A stretch of DNA of 64,000 nucleotides from an uncultured delta proteobacterium (GTDB taxonomy: Bacteria > Myxococcota_A > Polyangia > Polyangiales > Houyiibacteriaceae). Positions 58,255-64,000 of the stretch are shown piece by piece (within the stretch, counting starts at the first letter, position 1; the number at the start of each line of letters is the position of its first letter). The stretch lies in the NCBI GenBank assembly GCA_963699755.1, contig CAVOVB010000001.1, positions 1,216,001-1,280,000 on the forward strand. Reading direction: 5' to 3'. The notes under the pieces were generated by a model. That model had not been told where the DNA came from, did not search any database, and saw nothing but the letters and a program-made list of their open reading frames with translations. The position numbers and the translations under genes are program-made.

Positions 58255-59619
58255 TCAGCGGGGCCGGACACGAAGCGGTAGGTTGTCGAGCGGCCTCGTG
58301 AACGGAAAGTGCTGCAACTTCGCGGGGAAATAGTTCTCCTCGGCGAACTCGATTCGATACTTCCCGATGAGCTCGCGGAAAGTGATCAGGAAGAGCATGC
58401 GCGCGAAATGCATCCCGATGCACTTGTGCGCGCCGCCTCCGAAGGGTACCCACATGAAGTTGTGCTTCCGGTGCTCGGCCACCTCTTCGGAGAAACGCAA
58501 TGGGTCGAAGCGGTCCGGATCCTTCCACCAATCCGGAAGACGGTGGATGTAGTTCCCCGGGATGCAGACCATCGTGTCGGCCGGCACACGCAGCTCTCCA
58601 ATCTGGCACTCGCGAATCGTGCGCCTGAGAAACAGCGGCACCGGCGGGTGCATTCGAATGGTCTCATAGAATACGCAAATCAACTCGTTCACCGAATGGA
58701 ACACGGTTTCGAAGCTGAGCTCCTCGGGCCAGGAGGAGACCTCGGCTGCGAGTCGACCTTGAAGCGCCTGGTCGTTGCTCAAGTAGTAGGCCGCCATGGT
58801 CGAGGCGCTCGTCGTCGTGTCATGCGCGGCCAACATGAGGAAAACCATGTGGTCTGCAATGTCCTCGTCGTCGTAGTAGTTGCCGTCTTCCGTTTTCTCC
58901 TTGCAGAAGTGCGCAAAGACATCCTGGTCGTCGGACGCTCGCTTCTTCTCCACCAAGTCCATGAAGAAGCTCTTGAGATAGCGACGGCCTTCGAGGCCCC
59001 GGTGGTACTGGAACCCCGGGATGTCTAATCGGACGATGCCGAGCGCTCCCTCCATCATGTCGGTGAAGGCGCGGTTGATCTTTGGAACCGTGCTCTCCGA
59101 ATCTTCGACCCAACAAAACACGTTGAACGCGATCTCGAGAAGCAGCCGTTTCATTTCTTCATAGAAGAGGATGCTATCGCGGGCAGCCCATCGCGCGACC
59201 GTCGTTTCGGCGATCGCCTGAATCTTCGTCGCGTACTCGCGCATGGCGGGCGGCTTGAACGAGCTCTGCATGATGCCCCGATGCAGGCGATGCTCCTCGT
59301 AGTCACGCATGACCAGGCCGCCTTGAAAGAAGTCGGCCATCACCGATTGCCAACCCATCTTGGTCGAGAAGTTCTTCTCGCGATCCATCAGCACCCGCTG
59401 CACATGATCGGGGTGCAGCAGCAGCACGCACTTGTTGCCGGTGATCGAAATGCGACTGACCGGTCCGTACTTCTCGTAGTAGTGAGAAAAGAGTGACTGG
59501 GGGTCATGAAACATCGCCAGGGTCTTGCCGACGAAGGGCCAGCCGTATTCGCCCTGCAGGTGGCTGAGGTCACGATTGGCCGGGCGCTGGTCGTAGGGAA
59601 GCTCGGAAGCACTGTCCAT
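58255..59619 (-). CDS. Cytochrome P450 (CYP136-like)
   Basis: AAHDTT, ETIR, FDPLRF, FGGGAHKCIG. Confidence 0.93.
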   Translation of the reverse strand: MDSASELPYDQRPANRDLSHLQGEYGWPFVGKTLAMFHDPQSLFSHYYEKYGPVSRISITGNKCVLLLHPDHVQRVLMDREKNFSTKMGWQSVMADFFQGGLVMRDYEEHRLHRGIMQSSFKPPAMREYATKIQAIAETTVARWAARDSILFYEEMKRLLLEIAFNVFCWVEDSESTVPKINRAFTDMMEGALGIVRLDIPGFQYHRGLEGRRYLKSFFMDLVEKKRASDDQDVFAHFCKEKTEDGNYYDDEDIADHMVFLMLAAHDTTTSASTMAAYYLSNDQALQGRLAAEVSSWPEELSFETVFHSVNELICVFYETIRMHPPVPLFLRRTIRECQIGELRVPADTMVCIPGNYIHRLPDWWKDPDRFDPLRFSEEVAEHRKHNFMWVPFGGGAHKCIGMHFARMLFLITFRELIGKYRIEFAEENYFPAKLQHFPFTRPLDNLPLRVRPR

Positions 59620-59695
59620 CCCTCAAGTATACGGTTTGTAAACTTGCGAGGGCAAGTCGGAAAACGTGCATTCTGTGCTCCGGCGGGCTCTGCTC

Positions 59696-60256
59696 CTAGC
59701 CGTGCTGCGCGAGTGAAGCCCTACCTTCCAAGGGAAGACCGACCGCAAACGCCCCTGGCAGCTGGCGTTCATCGAAGCGCGCGGCGCGCCGGGTGATCAG
59801 CTTGCCCTCGAGTTGAAGTGGACCAAAGCCCGCTGGGCGAGCGAAGCCGGTGCCGATCCTGGGTCTATGTCGTTCTCTCGGGCTGAGCGCTTGTGCCTGT
59901 CCGCTGGGGTCGACGACATAGGCCAGACTGTCACCGACCGATGCCCCCATCACCACGCCCTGCTGGACGAGCATGACCAGCGCACTGGTTTCCCCCGCAT
60001 CAGGGTCGCCCAGCACGGCATGGTCGATGCCCTCTAGCAGCATCACCCAACCTCGGGGATCTTGAGGAAGGGCGCCGCTGCGGAAGCACCGGGCGAGCTC
60101 GGTGACGGTTCGCGCCGCAGCCGCCTGCGCGGCGTCGCGCGAGTCCACCCCATCTGCGAGCGCGATCAAAGTTCGATGTGCGTCCCTCAGCACGCAGAGC
60201 CGATCGTGGCTCGTGTCGTGGCTCGGTCGTTGCGATGCGCTGATTTCGAGTTTCAT
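59696..60256 (-). CDS. PP2C-like phosphatase domain protein, C-terminal motifs missing
   Basis: SHDR, ALADG, GETS, SVGDS; no SDG or DD motif. Confidence 0.65.
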   Translation of the reverse strand: MKLEISASQRPSHDTSHDRLCVLRDAHRTLIALADGVDSRDAAQAAAARTVTELARCFRSGALPQDPRGWVMLLEGIDHAVLGDPDAGETSALVMLVQQGVVMGASVGDSLAYVVDPSGQAQALSPRERHRPRIGTGFARPAGFGPLQLEGKLITRRAARFDERQLPGAFAVGLPLEGRASLAQHG

Positions 60257-60445
60257 TTGGGCCCCCACTTGATTGCTTGTACTGACAGCAACAGGGCGCG
60301 GTTGGGCGCTATTCTCGCTCCGTACACCAAAGTACATTGCCAAGTTGGCAATTCGAGCCCTGGGTCGCGCAAGCCCCTGGGGTTTGGCGCTTTTTCAGAG
60401 CTCGTGAGTTATGGTCCCCCCTGATGTCGTTCGGGATCCTCTCCA

Positions 60446-61756
60446 ATGTCTAAACGCCCAACCTTGCGCGACGTCCTCAAACGCAAACCCGTCGTCGCCT
60501 GGGCCCTCTACGACTGGGCGAATTCCGCGTTCGCAACGACGGTCATGGCTGGCTTCTTCCCCGTCTTCTACGGTGCGATCAGTCAGGAGCTCAGCACCGA
60601 GGACTCCCAGTTCTGGTTCAACGTCACCTTGGCGGCGGCGAGCGTGCTCATCGCCGTCTTCGCTCCAATCCTCGGCGCCGTCGCCGACCGGGGCGGTTCG
60701 CGAAAAAAAATCCTCGTCTTCTTCGCGAGCATCGGCATCCTCATGACCGCCGGTTTGGCCTGGGTGCACGCCGGACACTGGTGGATGGGTTTGCTGCTCT
60801 ACGGCCTCGGGACGGTCGGCTTTTCCGGCGCCAACGTCTTCTACGATTCCATGTTGGTCGACGTCGCCGACGAGACGGAGCTCGATCTGATTTCAGCGCT
60901 CGGCTACTCGTTGGGCTACATCGGCGGCGGTCTCTTGTTCGCGCTCAACGTGCTCATGGCGCAGAAACCCGAATGGTTCGGCTTTGAAAATGCGGGCAGC
61001 GCAGTCAAGGCGTCGTTTCTGAGCGTCTCCCTTTGGTGGGCGATCTTCACCGTACCTTTGCTTCGCTTCGTGGACGAGACCCCAACCGAGGATCGGGTAG
61101 CGGCCCTCGAATCGATTCGCGCGGGCCTCCGACAGCTGCGAGACACGCTCAAAGAGATCCGCAGCTTCAAGGTCTTGGTACTCTTCCTCGTTGCATACTG
61201 GATTTACATCGACGGCGTGAACACCGTCATCAAGACCGCGGTGTTCTTTGGAGACCGGGTTCTGGGCCTCGAGCAAGGGGCTCTGATCACCGCGTTGCTC
61301 TTGACGCAGTTCGTTGCTTTCCCGGCAGCGCTCGGATTCGGCTGGCTCGGCCAACGGATCGGTGCGAAGCCAGGCATCTTGATTGGCATCGCCGTCTACC
61401 TCGCAGCCCTGGTTTACGCCTGGCGCTTCCTCGAAGACGAAAGCGATTTCTACGTGCTCGCCGTCGCGATCGGATTGGTTCAAGGTGGTGTGCAAAGTTT
61501 GTCGCGCTCGCTTTATGCCCGCCTCGTGCCGCCCTCGAAAACAGCCGAGTTCTTCGGCTTCTTCAACATGGTGGGGAAGTTCGCGACGCTCTTCGGCCCT
61601 CTGCTGATCGCCTTCACACCGATGATCATCCCTCGGTCCAGTGAACGCGACGGGATCTTTTCGCTCACTCTTCTGTTCCTCGTAGGTGGTTTCCTGCTAA
61701 GTCGCGTACGGGTAGCGGAAGGTGTAGAGGCGGCCCAGGCTTTCGATCAGAAGTGA
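60446..61756 (+). CDS. MFS transporter, UMF1/Atg22-like
   Basis: WALYDWANSAF, GYIGGG, DGVNT, QSLSRS, EFFGF. Confidence 0.92.
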   Translation: MSKRPTLRDVLKRKPVVAWALYDWANSAFATTVMAGFFPVFYGAISQELSTEDSQFWFNVTLAAASVLIAVFAPILGAVADRGGSRKKILVFFASIGILMTAGLAWVHAGHWWMGLLLYGLGTVGFSGANVFYDSMLVDVADETELDLISALGYSLGYIGGGLLFALNVLMAQKPEWFGFENAGSAVKASFLSVSLWWAIFTVPLLRFVDETPTEDRVAALESIRAGLRQLRDTLKEIRSFKVLVLFLVAYWIYIDGVNTVIKTAVFFGDRVLGLEQGALITALLLTQFVAFPAALGFGWLGQRIGAKPGILIGIAVYLAALVYAWRFLEDESDFYVLAVAIGLVQGGVQSLSRSLYARLVPPSKTAEFFGFFNMVGKFATLFGPLLIAFTPMIIPRSSERDGIFSLTLLFLVGGFLLSRVRVAEGVEAAQAFDQK

Positions 61757-61797
61757 TGCGCAAGCTTTGCGCGAGCTAGGCATGATAAAAATTACGT

Positions 61798-62568
61798 ATG
61801 GTCCCAGCGTCGATGCGCGCCTATGTTCCCTCCGCAATGAAGAGGATTTGGTTGGTAGGGGGGGGCGCCTTTGTGTTCACGCTGGTGGTCGGGATTCGAA
61901 GCATGGGTATCGCCTCGGCGCCTTTGCCAACTGAGACTCGGCTGCTGACTCATCATCTCGGCGTCGCCCTCTCACGATTGGACCCGGGGCCTCGTTCGCG
62001 GGAGTACAGGGAAAGCCTGGCCTATCTTCGGCTGCACGCCGCAGAAGCCGTCTCCGAGCTGCGCGGGCCGCTGCTCGGCGAGCCGGGCAGCTTTCGCAAG
62101 TGGCAACTCACGTATCTGCTCGGCGAGTTCGGTGACCAGAGCGCCATCGACCTGCTCCGAACCTTCATGGACGAGCCGATGCCTCAGCCTGAGCCCGCCC
62201 ACCCGGGAGGTCACGAGATCGATCTCCGGTACAGCGAAGAGAGCGTCTCGCGTGTCCAGGCAGTGACCTCGACCGCGAGGATCGCCTCTCACCGGCCCGA
62301 GCTCCGCGACCAGGTCATCGAGAGCCTGGTCGCGGCTGCCCAAGGTTCTCCCCGGCTCGAGGCCACCGCGATGTTCGAGCTGGGCGAGCTGATGGGTTCC
62401 GAGCTCGAGTCGCTGCGTGGCGTTTTCGGCCCTGAGAAGGCCCAATACTTCGAGCCATTCATGCCGCCCCCCGAGTGGCAAGGTCTGCTCAGCCGCCGAA
62501 TGCAGAAGCATCGAGGAGAGCAGGAAGAGCGCCGTGAGAAACGGAAACCGCTATGCCGGGCAAACTGA
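61798..62568 (+). CDS. Exported HEAT-repeat-like hypothetical protein
   Basis: N-terminal hydrophobic segment, RKWQLTYLLGEFGDQSAIDLL HEAT-like repeat; overlaps next gene. Confidence 0.6.
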   Translation: MVPASMRAYVPSAMKRIWLVGGGAFVFTLVVGIRSMGIASAPLPTETRLLTHHLGVALSRLDPGPRSREYRESLAYLRLHAAEAVSELRGPLLGEPGSFRKWQLTYLLGEFGDQSAIDLLRTFMDEPMPQPEPAHPGGHEIDLRYSEESVSRVQAVTSTARIASHRPELRDQVIESLVAAAQGSPRLEATAMFELGELMGSELESLRGVFGPEKAQYFEPFMPPPEWQGLLSRRMQKHRGEQEERREKRKPLCRAN

Positions 62569-63602
62569 AGCTCAGGCTCGATCGAGCGACCGCGCTTCTG
62601 GCTGTGGTTCTGTTGGGCGTCCTCGCGTACATGTTCATGCCGAGCTGTTCCATGCTCGCGGATGCCGACGACACGCTCTGCTATGCGATCGCCAACCCGA
62701 AGGACGGCGTGGTTGACTGGCCTGACGACGAGTACCTGCAGGACCCGACGCGATGGCACGAAGATTCCGAGGGCGCATGCCACCTCTTCGACAGCATCAT
62801 GACGAACCCCTGGGTGCAGAGCGAAGATGCCCGCCTCTACATAGAGGGATTCGGCCTCGTCCAAGGCCACAACTGGGGCGATTTGGGGCGCCCGGAGCCG
62901 GCGACCTTCAACCCGAAGACCGAGTACCTGGAGATCGATACGCCGATGGGCCGGACCTACAATGGATACTCGAACATCGTGTTCGCGAACCTCGAGGGCA
63001 TCGAGCTCGACAGAGGACGCTCTTTGAGTGACTTCGAATACTACGACACCTTCCTCAAGTGGGCATCCGCGTTCGTTTCGCAGCGTACCTATCGAGTCAA
63101 TGGCAACTGCTACCGAAGGTGCGAGACCGTGGACAGCCATCGCTGCGTCATCGCAAATACGGTGACCGGCCCATTCCGAAACGACTACATCGATCTCTTT
63201 CAAACGTTCTTCTACGAGATCGATTCGATTTGGCGAGGCGCGACCATCGTGCACGAGGTGAGGCATGCGCGAGATCAGGTTGCCCATGATGGAGGCTCGG
63301 GTTGTCCGCACCTTTCGGCCTGCGACAAGCGCTGGTCGACCGCTGGCGCCAACACCTACGAGCTTCTCTGGCTCGCCGCCTACTATTGGACCCCCGTCGA
63401 CCACCCCTTCATCACGCCGGCGCGAAGGAACAGGGCCCAAGCGCTATTCAACTCGCGGCGTTACGAGATGTTCAACGAGCCCGTCAGGTGGAAACTCGGA
63501 GACCTCGCGGAAATCAACGAGCTGCCGGAGTTCTACGTGGAGCAGGTCGCATGCTCGGAAGACCCGAACCACCCTCACTATTGCCTTGTCTTGGCCAACT
63601 AG
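62553..63602 (+). CDS. Exported HExxH (zincin-like) hypothetical protein
   Basis: Signal/TM segment, RGATIVHEVRHARDQVAH, multiple Cys. Confidence 0.65.
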   Translation: MPGKLKLRLDRATALLAVVLLGVLAYMFMPSCSMLADADDTLCYAIANPKDGVVDWPDDEYLQDPTRWHEDSEGACHLFDSIMTNPWVQSEDARLYIEGFGLVQGHNWGDLGRPEPATFNPKTEYLEIDTPMGRTYNGYSNIVFANLEGIELDRGRSLSDFEYYDTFLKWASAFVSQRTYRVNGNCYRRCETVDSHRCVIANTVTGPFRNDYIDLFQTFFYEIDSIWRGATIVHEVRHARDQVAHDGGSGCPHLSACDKRWSTAGANTYELLWLAAYYWTPVDHPFITPARRNRAQALFNSRRYEMFNEPVRWKLGDLAEINELPEFYVEQVACSEDPNHPHYCLVLAN

Positions 63603-63611
63603 GAGGCACCC

Positions 63612-64000
63612 ATGACGCGACGACGATGCGTTCCAACCACGATGCTCTCAGCCGCTCTTGTCTGCGGCCTGCTGCAGTTCGGCTGCACCACAGAAGAGCA
63701 AGTCTCGTCAACCGCAGGCGGCTATACGTTTTCCAGGGATTTCGATGGTGAACGACGTGTTCTCCGACTTGATCCCTCAGACGAGCAGTCGGTGCAATGC
63801 ATGATGGCGAGCCTACCGGCCCCGACAAACGCTGCCTGGAGAGAGGCCTTCCTCAACCCAGAGCTTCATCTCGCCCTGATCGACCTCGTCTTCGACGAGG
63901 CACGCCTGCCCTCCTATCAAGCCGATGCGGACGCCATCGACGCGAAGGGGTCTTTCGTTTGCAGTCCGCGCCCTGGCGAGCCGGACTTCTGCTATTTGCC
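63612..64000 (+). CDS. Hypothetical lipoprotein, runs off the window edge
   Basis: SD AGGAGG at 63601, open frame MTRRRCVP...LLQFGC lipobox with no stop to 64000. Confidence 0.65.
   Translation, partial: MTRRRCVPTTMLSAALVCGLLQFGCTTEEQVSSTAGGYTFSRDFDGERRVLRLDPSDEQSVQCMMASLPAPTNAAWREAFLNPELHLALIDLVFDEARLPSYQADADAIDAKGSFVCSPRPGEPDFCYL

Noticed and set aside
60326..60342. Palindrome ATTGCCAAGTTGGCAAT in the PP2C/MFS intergenic region (coordinates approximate)
   Set aside because: Single occurrence with no identifiable regulator; cannot support a function

Overview
GC-rich bacterial chromosome segment, most likely Myxococcota (inferred from Myxococcus-type Cys-rich repeats, many lipoproteins with Gly-rich linkers, and a DUF1588/DUF1501-type pair). 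1-7 kb is housekeeping (dnaJ, WS/DGAT-SCP2, Slt, LolC/E). At 7152 a tRNA-Gly(GCC) marks an integration hotspot. The first element (~7.2-15.2 kb) has a frameshifted tyrosine integrase, an xis-like HTH gene, matching arm-type repeats at both ends, an oleate hydratase, a WS/DGAT and a Fic gene. It ends at a displaced tRNA 3' half whose T-loop is split by a 66-nt palindromic insert. A second small segment with an orphan sugar-binding protein ends at another, diverged tRNA 3' half (16838-16881). The most notable signal is that element 1 encodes no relaxase yet carries two inverted oriT-like modules. Each has the same 33-bp core, a different hairpin, and a MOBP-type nic motif (CAYCTTG^CCC) exactly 8 nt after the hairpin, which suggests an island mobilised in trans with two specificities. 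The rest is accessory: lipid enzymes and two P450s, a run of secreted lipoproteins (acylase, fibro-slime, FG-GAP, PHM-like copper enzyme), a polysaccharide locus with three NDP-sugar C-methyltransferases and a giant triple-lectin lipoprotein, and a HEAT + HExxH + lipoprotein operon at the right edge. All family calls come from motif recognition by eye; no database search was run.
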